NCBI GenBank assembly: GCA_000934665.2
Contig: JYFJ02000819.1
Location: 1 to 64,000 of the forward strand
DNA: 64,000 nucleotides
Origin: Catajapyx aquilonaris
Lineage: Eukaryota
Direction of reading: 5' to 3'
Position 1 is the stretch's first letter. The number at the start of each line of letters is the position of its first letter. The notes under the pieces are model-generated. The model made no database searches. It had not been told where the DNA came from and saw only the letters and a list, made by a program, of their open reading frames with translations. Positions 23,801-36,373 of the stretch are shown in pieces. The translations under genes and the position numbers were made by a program.

Positions 23801-26800
23801 ACAATGCGCCCGTTTGTTCAAACGCTTGTCCTTGTTGCTGCACCGCCGCCTGCGTCTCCACCACCTTCAAGCTGGCGTCTGTAAGCGACGCCATATCTGG
23901 TGACTTCACAGGCTGAACGGACTCGACCAGGTTGGCCTCCTGGGCGACGGCCATTCCCTGAGGCGTCTCCAGCTGCATAGACGCCTTTGCCATTGCGGCG
24001 TCGGGTGTGGACATATCCCTAGGAGCGTCATCATACGGAAGCTGCTCGTGGATTCCTACAGCTTCGTCAGGCGTCGTGACGCGGAATGACGCGTCGGACA
24101 TAGACACGCTGTCCGCTGTTGTCAGACCTTTCAAGGTGTCGTTCAAATCAGTGCACTCCTGCGCTGCAATCATTTCCTGAGGAGTTTCAATAGTCATGGA
24201 CGCCTGAAGTGAAGTTATGTTATCAAGCGTCGACAGGTTTCTGGCATCTCCTTCGAGCTGAACCGCCTCCTGGACATGACCGACGCCCAATGCGGAGATT
24301 TCGACTGAAGCTTCAGCAGCTGAAAGCGTATTGTCCATCGCCTGAGCTTCTTCAAGCGCTTGCTTTTCCTCCATCATGCCTGCTTCCATGTACTGCGCAG
24401 ATTTGAGCGAGGCTTCTTGGGCCGACGCACCTTCCATTGTTGACATGCTTTGGGCTCCTTCCATCTGAACCAATTCTTGCACCTGGCACACTTGCATCGT
24501 ACCTTCGCCTAGAGTCGCAGTCGCTTCTGTTCCGACACTAGATCTGTCGCTCATGACTCCTTGTGCCGCCTGCAGTTGCATCTCTTCAATTGCGGCCACT
24601 CCACGAGCTGACACCATCGATTCAGCCGCCTTTCCTTCAGTCTTCATCCGCTTCAGTGCGCTCTCTGATATTTCTTCAGGCTCACCTGAAAGCATCTCAT
24701 GTTGTTGAACCACAGCAGTCTTCCATTCAGACTCTTCTCTGAGAGACGCCAATCGTTTCAAGTCAGACTTTTCGCTCATCTCGTCCAGATCCGCGGTTCT
24801 AATGTCCAGTTCCTCCATCATGGCTGCTTCTCTCAAAGAAGCTTCTCTCTCGATGGCCATTGATTCATGCCACGATCTAAGTTCTGCGCTCATTGACTCT
24901 AATTCGTCGGCTAAAGCAGCCATGTCTTCCACCATTATAGGATGAAGCAGCGACACGTCTTCCTCTTTGGCTTGAGCCACCACAGGAATATCCGTGTCGC
25001 TGAAGACTTGAAAGTTTGATCTCACATCCGCTTCTTCCACCTTTAATGGCTGCTGTGTTTTTAGAGGGACGTTTCGAGCCATCATTTTGTCCAGGTAGTT
25101 GACCATCTCTTTTTCCATTTCAGCGGATGTGGTGGCTAGTGACGGGGTCATGGGACTTTCGAAGGCCTCGTCGGTTATGGAAAGTTCCTCAATGTCGGCC
25201 TCTGTTCTCTCCTCGTCTGTTCGCTGCTCTCCTGACCTCGCGGTCATGAACTTGTCACTGGTCACTTCCACAACCACGGCTTCCATCACGATGTTACCGG
25301 ACGTGGAAGTCTCTTTGATGAACCTCATAGGCGGCAGCTCAATCACATTGTGTTCTGTAATTACAGTAATTAGACATTGATTTGATAGATTCATGCATGT
25401 GCACAGACCTGATATGTGCTCGGAAAGTTCGTCCGCGTACATCTCCACGATTTTCTTGGCATATTCTTCTGTGATGTCTGGCGTCTCGTATAACGACACA
25501 GACACCTCCCGTCCGTCGATGGACACGGACACTTCGGCCTTCTCGTCCATGTAGCCAGACTGTTCCGACTGGGGCGTCTCGTACAGACTGACCATCTGGG
25601 ATGACCTTTCCTCCTGTATGGTGGACAACGAAGGGTCTCTGGCCAATCTCGCAGCCTCTGCCGGTGGTCTTCGAGGTTCTCGACCATCTTTCCCCATCAT
25701 TCGCTCTGGAAATTATGGCGTTTAGCATATGACCTCCTGACCCAAGACCAACTGACCTTCAAAGCCTAGAAGAGCTGCAGAGCTGGAGACTGTCCCCATG
25801 CAGTTGCGTGCCTCGCACGTGTATGTCCCCAAACAGCAAGTGCCATCCTCTCCAGATATGATCCTGTGTATGTCTCCTGGCTTGAGCTCGGCTCCGTCTT
25901 TGTACCACTTGAGTGTGGGCTGGGGCACTCCGATCACCTTGCATTCCAGGTTGACCGTCCCTTCCTCGGACAGGATGGCCCTCAGGTTCTCAAGGAAGCG
26001 GGGCTTCTTGTAGTGAGTGGGAATGGTCAGCTTCAGATGGCAGCAACTCAGGCTGTGACCGTATTCGTTCACAGCCAAACACTTCCATTCGCCCTGGAAA
26101 TCCGATTGGATGAATCCTTGTTGTTGTCCCACTGGACTGTTGACTTACCTGGTCGTCGATTTCTAGAGGTCCAATATCTAAGTGGAAGACTCCTCCGTCG
26201 TCCTTGATCAGTTTGTACTTTCCATCTCCTACTTCTATCTGTTCGTCGTTTTTGTACCACGTCAACTGTGGTTCGCTCGGCTTTTTCGTCACTGAAACAA
26301 CAGCAGTGCTTAGCTATTTCGTAACTTTCACCAGTTGGTTAAAATGTGTTACCTTGCACTGTGAAGCGGAAGGTTTCGTTAATTTTCGATTCGCAGCTGC
26401 GCAGGCCTGTCAGAAACTGTGGCGGCTGATTGGTAGCCTGCATCAGCTGCTGTCTTTCCTCCTCGTTGAGCTGGTTCTGAATGTCCTCTATGGTCAGTTC
26501 TGCTGTGCTGGTCGCCTCCCCCATGCAGTTCTTGGCCATGCAGGAGTACGAACCTAAGAAACAATTTCGTTAAATTCCTCCAAAGTTGGTCCGAAAAAGA
26601 TTTTTTGGGATGCATGTGATGATACCTAAGGAATTGGTCCCGCTAAGCTGATAGACATCTCCAGGTTTGAGCTCTTGTCCGTCTTTGAACCACCTCAGTT
26701 GAGGTGTAGGAAATCCGACCACCTTGCACTCGAAGGAGACCAGTCCTTCTTCAGTCAAGATGGCTCGGAGGTTCTCCAAGAAGCGAGGCTTCCTGTAGTT

Positions 26801-29758
26801 CTTAGGAACTGGAAAAGTAACGGATGTTGAGCATTCCAATCAGAAATGTAAATAATGGGTCCTGACCTGTGAGGTCCATGTTGAAGAGAGTCTCGACCTT
26901 ATCTCCGTCCACGTTGGAAACGACACATTTCCACTGCCCTTCGTCGGTCAGGTCCACCGAATTGAGAGAGACGCTGAACCGACCGTTTCCGTCGTCGTCC
27001 AGCATGTACTTGTCGTCTCCTAAGGAATCCACTTCCTTCCCATTGTTGTACCAGGTCACACTCTTGGGCTGGGGAGGTACTGAGATCCGGGTCGAGATCT
27101 TCCAGGGTTCGCCCACCTTCACTCTCTGGTGGCCCACCTTCTCCAGAATCACAGGAGCCGGGCCATGAGCCACTCTGAAATTACAACTCATTTATTTAGG
27201 GTTTGTCGAAGGAGGCCAAGCAACATACTTGTCAGCAGGAAGAAGAGACCCTTCCCTGCTGCCCTTTCCGACCACTTGAACCCTGGAGGATGATACTGAT
27301 TTTCCCATGCAGTTGATGGCCTCGCAGGCATATGTTCCCAGTGAGGTCGGGTCATCCGGGCTGGCGGTCAACGCGAATACATCTCCTGCTCGAATCTCCA
27401 CTCCGTCCTTGTACCACCGGAGTATCGGGGTTGGAACTCCGACCACCTTGCACTCTAAGGACACTGTACCTTGCTCGGTCAGAAGGGCTCGAAGCTCCTC
27501 TAGGAATTCGGGAGTCTTGTACGCCCGAGGAACTGCAACCAATTGCAATTAGTCTTACAAGTACTGGGAGGGACATGCTCTGTACTGACCTAGGACCTTG
27601 AGGCTGGCTGAGCAGTTGGCTCGACCTCCGAGGTTGCTGGCCACGCACGTCCATTGCCCTTCGTCTTCTACCACCACCGGTGCTACGTCCACGCAGTAAA
27701 AGTTACCCTCGTGCAGAAATGTGAACCGGTCTCCTGCCTGGATTATCTCGTCGTTGCGGTACCACGATACCTGAGAAATAATGGATTGAACACAATGCAA
27801 CACTTACACAGCTCAGACAACATGATTATGTGATCTAAATACATTATACACAGTTATGTCGTAAAGGCCTATTCGGTATTAAGGCAATATTATAAATAGG
27901 TTTCAAGGGTAATTCCAACTGTAAAAGTATGATGCAGATATTTTTCAAAGAAAGTGACATAAATTACTGCGAAAATTCACCCATAATTTTAAGGAACTGT
28001 ATTCCAATATCGATTGATGAAGGGCGAGTGAAAAGTAACTAAAATTGGACCGAAAGTCACTCAAAAATACTGCGGACATGAGAAAAGCAAAGTGTGTAAA
28101 TATTGCAGACATGTTTAACAAATATCAATAAATTAATAATTGTCTTCTTTTTTTATTTACAGTGGTGAAGCAGTCTGCTTTGAGATGAAGAGTGGAATTA
28201 ATGCGTAAGTACATAGTCTTTGTCCGGTACTTTGAAAATATGATAGCAAAAGTGCATTCGCAGTGAATGTGAGCAATCGAGAGCTGTGACCGATGCTAAT
28301 AAACAGTGAAGCGAAAAACTCGTTAGCACTGGTAAAAAGTGGAAAGGTTGACTCCCAGAATAGGATTATTCCCTCCCAAGCTAGGGCCCTTATTAGTTCC
28401 GGGAGAACAGAGGTTATTCTAGTAGCCGCATACATCAGAGACCACATTCCACACCAGATTCTAATGGAAAGGAACCGAGCCAGCCACACACACACACACG
28501 TGGGTCACGACACCACTAACTGTCAAATTTCTCAAGTTAATCTTTGGCAATCCATAAATAACATGGGCGAAAAATTATGAAAACTAATTGGGCTTATGTT
28601 AGAAAAACAGGCCAAATAGTACTCAATGAGTCTTCTCACGGACTTATAGAGTCTTCTAATCCGAGATTTCACCGGAAGTCTGGCAGGAAGTGCCACGACA
28701 ACCAATAATGGGAGAGGAAACTTGGTTATGTCATTTTTGTGATTCTTTCCGCACAAAATGGCCATTTCAATTTGGTCTAATGTTTTCTCCACGCAATAAT
28801 TACACAATTTATTGCGAGATTTAGCAGCATTAAAAAAATGCATGATAATGTTTCGTCCCCCTAAGTCTGGCAGAGGACCAGACCGAAGCAGGTATGACGC
28901 TAGCAGAAAGCGTAAAGGTAAACGCGGAAAAGAGACAATTTTGGATGCGTGCCACAAAGTCGAAAAGTACCAGCTGAGACAGCCATGGAGTTCACCAAGG
29001 TCATACACGATAACACGCAATATTTATCGTATCATCTATTGCAAATGGCTCCTTTAGTCATCCATGGAATATGTTATTACAGGCCACTCTCTCGAGATGA
29101 GTGAGCAGAAGTGAGTTTATTTCCGGACAGTGCACTGACCTTACTATATACCTCCAACCTGGGCTGTAGAATGGTCAGTTTTGTAGTGTGTTAGGCTCAC
29201 AAATTGTCACGTTGTCAAAGAGTTTATGAAGGTCGTTAAGAGACACTTATGGCGTCGGTACTATATAAAAAAGAGGTCATCTACTTGGCATTGGAAGCCT
29301 GTACCCTTCACCCAGAGTGGTGTGTAAAAATACACCAGTTTCCTGCAGTACGCCTATAATGTAGCCAATATTCTGGCGACAAAATGGTGCGAAAGTATGC
29401 GAAACATTTGGACTATTTTTTTTTCTCGTACTCGCACAGTTTGATGTGATTTTTTTTACCTTGACATGACTGCAACTTCTGACCTCGACCAGGAAGCGTG
29501 TTCTGGTTCCAACCTTGACCGCGAGGTCACTGAGGCTCCTGAGGAATACAGGTGCGTCGTTCTTCATTCCTGGAGACTGGACTGTCAGGTGAAGGGTGGT
29601 TCTGGCCTCGCCCAAATGGTTCTTGGCCACGACCGTGTACAGGCCACCGTCCTCTGCACGTACCCTGGGTATGCTCAGATGAACAGAGTTGCTCTTCTCA
29701 GATGTCTCGTACCTGTCCTCTGAAGCTGCCGACAAGCTGTCTTCCCCGTGGGACCTGC

Positions 29759-29841
<83 letters not shown>

Positions 29842-32800
29842 GGAGTGTTGCAAATTGTCTGTTTCCATTGCGAAATAGCGTCAAAGGGTTTGGATTAGGG
29901 TTGGGTGACAGAATGGCAGGCGTAAAAATTTCAACGGGGACATGTTGTCAGGAGGGACACGTTTTGCATTAGCATTGCTTCACAGAGGAATGAATGGGAA
30001 CGGGATGGTATTTTTGTCATCTCTAGAAATAACAGCAGACTGTAAGTAACTGGCGCGAAAACACACTGTCTTTCATCAGGAGGACTTTGAACATTTAAAA
30101 CCGATATTAGGTTTTGAAGTAAGTGATGTAATACATGTAATAACCAGTGCTACAATTAAAGAAAGCAATTAGAGCAGTGCCAGATAATCTCTGATTGAAA
30201 CGTGTCATTCAACCGGAACACAGTATTTGCATTAGTTATTCTAAATTCGCCAATAAAACGCAACTCACCTGCCCCAACTTTCGCCATTGATTCATCCTCT
30301 ACGTGTAGCATGTTCCCTTTCTTTTAATTTTTCCCCTTACAAAACCAGTACAATGGCAAACTACTCTCTCGGCTCAGAGCAGTGTAGGCAACAACAATTT
30401 ATTTCGCATAAAATTGTAGGCATTCCAAAGTGCTCTTGAATGTGTTCGGGAGGTGCTAATGCATAAGCCTGTTCGTTCGGTTTCAAAATATTCGCAGGGA
30501 TTTTTGTTTTTCACGAGGCTTGAAGAAACGGTAGTATGTTGCCCAATTGCGTGAAAAAGTGCCAATGTGCAAATGGCAAGAAGTTTGACGGTAATTTTTT
30601 TAAAGAATTTTCCCAAACATAGTTTAAATTTTATTTTCCTGCTATTAGTCAGCATTGTCACTGGCTTGTAAGTTACAAGCCAGTGACAATGCTGACTAAT
30701 AGCAGTTGTAAGATATGTAGTCTGTTTTTCACTATTAGCATTTGACAACGAACTGGCATCATTCACAACATTAATAGCCTGACTAGTAACTGCTCATTTT
30801 GCTGTACAATTAAAAAAGTATTTACAGTACCTACTTTTTCATGGAATACACGTTCTGTACAAGCGACAGGCTTTTGAAAGAAAATGTGGGATAAAAATTA
30901 AAATAACATTCATATATTTGAAGCTGCTTCAGATGTTGTCAATCGGTGCAGCATATTTAAAAGAATGTGACACGAAATGTGCCACCATTCTGGTTTAGTT
31001 CATGGTATTATTATGATGATGACTATTATTATTATAGTCGTTGCGCAGTTTGCAGAAAATAATATCCCTGATTCCAAACTTTTGGCGAAATATGCGAAGT
31101 TCTTCTTTTGCCTTTGCCGCCGGACCAGTTTGGTTCTATTTACGTCTGGTTGGGCCTTTGTTTAGATGAAAGTAAACAAAAACATCACTCCACGTGCACT
31201 GAACCCAGAATGATTCATCCAGCAGTTATTAGAGGACGGCAGTGACAAAATGGCCAACTCTTAATGATTAACGTGTCCAAAGTCTTGCACCTAACATTTG
31301 ACTACACTTTTGTAAAGCTTCTTTCACTCACACAACGTCACTGATAAACACTGCGTTACAATTTACATTTCCTGTTTCCGTCAGCTACTTTTCAGTATGT
31401 AGGCATGCATTTCGCAACCATTCAAAATCATAGCGCTTCTCAGGTAGCTAATACTTTCAAGATTATTATTTCATTAGGGTACTATATGAAGTAACGTTTA
31501 TTCCTACCAATTAAGTAAAGCCTGAAATTGGAATTGGTATATCCAAGGGAATGTTGTTAGAAATAATTCATGACTCACTGGCCTCATAAATGAGGGACTG
31601 AGATCAGTTCAATCCAATCCAATCAAGGGAATTTCTTTCTGATTGTAATATGTTACTAATCGATTTGCCAATTAAAACACTGGCACCAGCTGTTGACGGA
31701 ACGGTTGGTGATGGACTATTCCACCTTATGCCAACACCTTTTAGTGATGGGTGCCAAGCCCTTGAGACCAAAAGGCTGTCGGGAATGATTGTCGTGCAAG
31801 TTGGCATTGGCATTCCTGAAGGTTGGACCGAAGCAACAAGAAAGAAGGATAAACACAACAGAAAGAAACAACAACAGCAGGAGGGGGGCCAAACCACTGG
31901 AGACAATTCCAATCGAATCCGGACCTTCTCCTCCTCTTTCTGGGAGGCGCCACAGGCTGGTTAGGCAACCCTCTTGGAGGCCTGAGAGGCTGGTTGTCTA
32001 CCTCCGAGAGAACCGATCTCTTCCTTGGTTTTTCTCCCTGGCAGCAGCTGCAGCACGTAGAGCACTGCGAACCCATTCACCGCACTCCGAGGGTGACACA
32101 GCACCTCTCCCAGCCTGCTAACACTTCCGGAAGAAGCCCGCACAACCGGAACCAGCTCGTACCGCCGCCATAGCCGAGATGGTATAGGGACACTCTAGCT
32201 GCAGGATTCCTCTGCACTTCCATCAGCCTCCCAAGAGGGCGGCAGCAGAGGCAACACGGGAGGGAGGCTACGCCAGCTCGTTCCAAATCTGATATTTTTA
32301 TCAAGACCTGCCTGGGGGGTATACGTGTAGGCAGGTACTGCTAGTCTTAGTCGCATACTCAACACTCGACAGAAAATCGGTCATACTTTGCCAAACTCAC
32401 ATTGCCGACAGTAATAGGGCCTTCCACTATAGCCAAAGACTGATTGGCCAGTAATTTTATGAATGCGATTTGTACTATAGCAGGAACTGTTGATGGTTAG
32501 TGTCAGTCTCAAGTGTTATGGCTTCATTGACTCACCCTCTTTTATGAGATCTAAAAGAGTGAGTGCGCCCCATTGAGTGGCTACGATAATTGTTGATTGC
32601 GTAACATTTTACACGTGGGTGTTGTAGAATATGCTTCCGCAAAGTTGCGTCATTCGGTGAACCGTTCTGAACCTTTGTTTGCAGCTTTGTATAAATGTCT
32701 GAAAAATCGGCGACTTTTGATATATTAAATGTGAACAAAAGGTGTAAAAATACTAGCCATCAGGATCAAATGGGCCTTCAACTGTGTAATCTTTCAGTAT

Positions 32801-35800
32801 GTTCCAAAATGTGCACCAGTGATGGCTTTAGGTTTATTGCGAAATAACAAGAAATTGCTCTAGTTGATTTTGGAAATTTTGGCTCCATCTCTGAGGTAAT
32901 CGCATGCTTGATACTGCTGCTACTATGCACCCATGTGAATTGCAGGAATTATCCATCTGATTATGTGACCCATCAAACACGGTTAGTTGTGGGATGCATA
33001 ACTCGCAGGATATTTTTGTACGACTAATACTGGTGACAACACCAAAATTAATGATTGTTTCCATTATGAAGCCAAAATCACCTACATAAACATCAATAAT
33101 TTCCATCCTAGAGATTCAGGCGCACCTTTTTGGCACATCCTGTAGCTTACAGCTGACACGGACAGATTCAAACAGCTGTAATTTCCAGTTACAATGTACC
33201 AAATACTGGAATAGAATTTATGTAGGGCAAGGCTTCTTATACACATTCTTAAAAATACAGCCGACCCCGCATTGACCCAGGACAACAAAATATTTCGTGC
33301 GTAAAGAGGCCCTTGGCATAAAACAGGTCTTGACAATCTTTTTTTCCACTTTTGATTGTTGCAGGTTTCTTTCTCGTGTAAATTAGGGGTGATGGTTGCG
33401 CCCTGTCCCGAGCAAAATATAATTCTGAGACTCTGGTACGGCCTGCCAGGTCAGCCTGGATGTTGGCCAATCACTCGAGGGGGGGGCGGCCAACTAAATA
33501 TAACCCCCAGCTTGTCCCGCCAGTCCGCGTAATTGGTACCCACATTGGACAGATTTGTTTATAGTGCAGTGCTATACACCATTTCCCGAATCGCCATTAT
33601 TATTAAACCCGGACCTTTTTCCCCCATTGGATTGCAACTGACTCATTTGCGAGGCCGTCTATTTCCATAAGCGAGAGACATAAAGGCAAAACGACCTTCG
33701 CACTTTTTTTTTTGGGGGGGGGGGAGCTTGGCGGTATGTTTTTAACGCGTTTTCTGTCCCGACAACCTTTTCGGTTGAGGGGGTCTGGACAGGGACGTTT
33801 AATGCACTCTCTTTGGACTGTGTGTACTGTAATACTCACCAGGTTACCGAGGTCAAAGTTCCGACGCCTCGTTCTAATTCTGCAGTCAATGTTACATCTG
33901 AACCTTCTTGGGCCCAAACAGCTGCCGGTGCCTTTTTGGAGAACTCAGGGGATGATGTTGCTGACTCTTTGTCCGGGTATTCTGGAAAAACCAGGCGGTA
34001 ATGTTAATAAGGAAGGGACAACATGTCGAGTAGTTGGGGAAAACATTAAATGCAAAATTTGTCATAACCACAATTATTGTCATTGAACAAGAAATTCATT
34101 TTTCCTATAGTTACTAGAATATTGCTCAATATTATTAGATCTACACTTGTATGTAATTATTTAAAATATATGTGTAATTTTATATTTCATGTCGCGCATT
34201 TTTTATGCCATATTGGCTAATAATTTTATATTTTACATGAAATCGTATTATTCTATACTTACATTCAGTTGTTATTTTTGTGTAGGTGTTATGTTATTTC
34301 TATATTTTTATTAGGCTATTTAGATTATGTCAAATTAATTTACATAGTCCTATCATAAGTTCATGTCCTTTTTCGGCCAATTAAAAATTCAGCGTTTTTG
34401 GATATGACAATTTTCAGATCAATCAAAGATGTCCACTTGCTCAAGTCATTCTGGTCTGTCCAGTTCGTGTGTTACGCCAAGTTGTACTTTTTTTAAAAAA
34501 ATAATGATCTCAGGTGATTAGTGGAATTAATTGGGGGTGACGGGTGCTGAGAATGGCAAAGGCCAATTCCGGGTCCCCATTCATCCGCTTCACTTTCGTC
34601 ACATATATACACACACACGGTGTGCATCAGGGGGGTTAGAGATAGGGTCCAGAAATAGATCAGCTGCACCCAAAACTTCACTGTGTCTGGCTGGGGGTTT
34701 GCTGAAGACACGTCATCTCTCCCTTGCTCTTCGTGCTCTCTTTTTTTTTTGCCATTATTTCGGTGTAGGACAAGCCCTCTGCACCCCCAAGCGTGTTTAT
34801 CCGGAAGTTAACTCCAACCATGAACCCGAACACACGTGATTGGACCAGTCTAAACACTTTCTCACTTTTGCCATTTTCAAACAGCTTCATTTCCACTCAA
34901 ATCATGCACTACTGACTACACGGTTACTCACTCATGTGTTTCATACGATCATACCGAGTGTCATTACTTCCGAATTAAGACATACAGAGGAAGTGCTATC
35001 CTGCTGAAAAGCTAGTGCTATTAGCAGATTAATGCTATGAAAAAGTGATGCAGTCAATTTATAAGTACCGCTAACTAGAGGGCATTTTAAAAGTAACTGA
35101 GTCGTATTAGCACAGTTTTGTCTAAATGTAACAACACCGGTGCACTGTCCGTATTTAATAGCCTATTGTAAGAGTGCTAATTTTTAAAGCAAACTGTGAG
35201 AATAATAAATTACACTGATCATTAGAATGTTGCTTTTGTCACTATAATCTCTGCAGTTTAGTGCAAAATGCGCCTTTAAATATTACAATTTGAAACGGAT
35301 CGTAGTTCAGTGGACATTTTAGTTTAATTATTATAGATAAAATTTTAAAGAACAGCCTTTCGTTGTTACCTGCATTTTGATATCAAAATCTCTATATTCT
35401 CTAACATTCGGCCCTAAATAATCGTGGTCGATTTCAGTTCATATTACAAATGTTTTAGGACACTTACATGGTATTTTATGGTAATAGAATTCGGATTGTG
35501 TTTCAAATTTATGAAATAAATCAGATTGGATTGATTTATAACACGAATCATCATTAATAAAAAGTCATGTAGGGTTGGCATCAGTAAGTTTTAGCAAAAG
35601 AATATTTTGAATATCTTCACTCAACCAGAAGCAACATTTTAGCATTACAAATTTATACCTCAAAATGTTTTAAATGTTGCTTAATAGTGCACAATCTGAG
35701 CATAAAGAGCTGGAAACTGTGTAATGCTTTTACACATTTCAAAACCATCTTCAAGACAAATATTTTGTCTTACCACACAATGGCTTTACTTTCCTTTCTA

Positions 35801-36083
35801 TTCGTTAAAGCCTCGCAAAATGTTACATCTACAGTATATTAATGAAGCGTGTCAAATTTTTGCGAGCAATTTTCACGGCCTTGACTTAAAGCTCTGGCTA
35901 CAACTACTTATGTCACCGGCTATCTTGCGCACAACACTTTTAACACGTATGTTACCTGGGCAGGCCCCACAAATTCTTTCTATTTGAAAGAAAGAAAAAA
36001 GAAGAAGAAGAGAGCCACTAATTATATGTCGAGCCAGGAAGTTGGGTCCCGGAATTTGTTTAATTACCTGAGACGATGGTCAT
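14813..36083 (-). CDS. Giant titin/UNC-89(obscurin)-like muscle Ig/Fn3 protein, 3'-incomplete in window (about 4,043 aa modelled)
   Basis: GT-AG exons, all phases compatible (total 12,129 nt): 36083-36068, 33981-33840, 29754-29460, 27770-27590, 27532-27229, 27174-26867, 26808-26626, 26553-26353, 26291-26149, 26093-25757, 25705-25409, 25354-18432, 18362-18192, 18134-17948, 17892-17644, 17585-17448, 17391-17062, 17008-16836, 16780-16666, 16573-16416, 16360-15888, 15830-15387, 15229-15005, 14948-14813. Repeated I-set Ig motifs (PxF...C.V.G.P.P.V.W.KDG...D.G.Y.C.A.N), one Fn3 (SLRWAKP...YLFRVTPRNRYGW) and a central low-complexity exon. The last exon ends mid-Ig (VVWLRDFLK|gtacgg). The first two exons are less certain than the rest. 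Confidence 0.9.
18432..25354 (-). CDS. 6,923-nt single exon of the giant gene: Q/A/S-rich repeats, E/K-rich helical spacer, R/S-rich segment
   Basis: Lies inside the 2442-aa ORF. Acceptor gtaattacag|aac at 25355 and donor GAG|gtactg at 18431. A 54-nt in-frame intron (25408-25355) is read through in the ORF track. Confidence 0.88.
19880..21215 (-). repeat. Coding 45-48-nt tandem repeat (KKKEAEEKKQKEEAEA-type 15-16-aa units)
   Basis: Directly visible in the 2442-aa translation, with a strongly C/T-skewed plus strand. Confidence 0.93.
22566..22742 (-). repeat. Coding 33-nt tandem repeat (QEAKVSTGAEK x5)
   Basis: Near-identical gcaccagtgctgacctttgcttcttgcttctct units within the giant exon. Confidence 0.93.
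29760..29840. repeat. (AAT)27 microsatellite
   Basis: Uninterrupted AAT run of 81 bp, next to the minus-strand acceptor at 29755-29756. Confidence 0.97.
30639..30705. repeat. Perfect inverted repeat, 33-bp arms with 1-nt spacer
   Basis: CTGCTATTAGTCAGCATTGTCACTGGCTTGTAA-G-TTACAAGCCAGTGACAATGCTGACTAATAGCAG. Confidence 0.95.
31925..32076 (-). CDS. Candidate alternative first coding exon of the giant gene (MGSQCSTCCSCCQGEKPRKRS...PPRKRRR)
   Basis: ATG at 32076 with MGxxxS plus a Cys cluster and polybasic runs. Phase-2 donor AAG|gtccgg matches the phase-2 acceptor at 29754. CCAAT box near 32442. The donor is weak. Confidence 0.55.
33462..33520. promoter_or_regulatory. Candidate internal muscle promoter/enhancer of the giant gene
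   Basis: CCAATCA, GGGGGCGG and a MEF2 consensus CTAAATATAA (33494-33503) clustered within about 45 bp. Confidence 0.4.
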
Positions 36084-36373
36084 CGTGGTCAAGACTGCTG
36101 GGCGGCACCTCCGGTACGGCTCATTTTTTTTAAAAATAAAAAAAGATATATAGAAAAATCCAAGAGGAGGTTGAACCGATGAATGTTTAGGGGACACTGA
36201 GCTCAGAGCACACTCGTTCGGGTCATGCAACGGACGCGATTTGCTTGGCCCCGGGGATTTTTGGGAGGACGGAAAAGTCAGTCGGTTGAAGGCGGCTAAA
36301 AGTGGAGCCTTCTCTTCAGCAAGGAGAACCAACCCCCCCAACCCCCCCAACCCCTCTTGGCTTCTCTAACCGA

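Noticed and set aside
18372..25700. The 2442-aa ORF as a stand-alone gene
   Set aside because: Bounded by in-phase splice sites joining it to Ig exons on both sides; its last residues are intronic.
28532..29020. 162-aa intronic ORF
   Set aside because: No domain signature, non-ATG start, no convincing splice context.
29675..29972. Poly-L, poly-I and poly-N ORFs
   Set aside because: Translations of the (AAT)n microsatellite.
30269..30300. Minus-strand GTGAGT donor with nearby ATGs as another first exon
   Set aside because: The ATG frames are phase 0 or 1, incompatible with the phase-2 acceptor at 29754, and the phase-2 frame has a stop.
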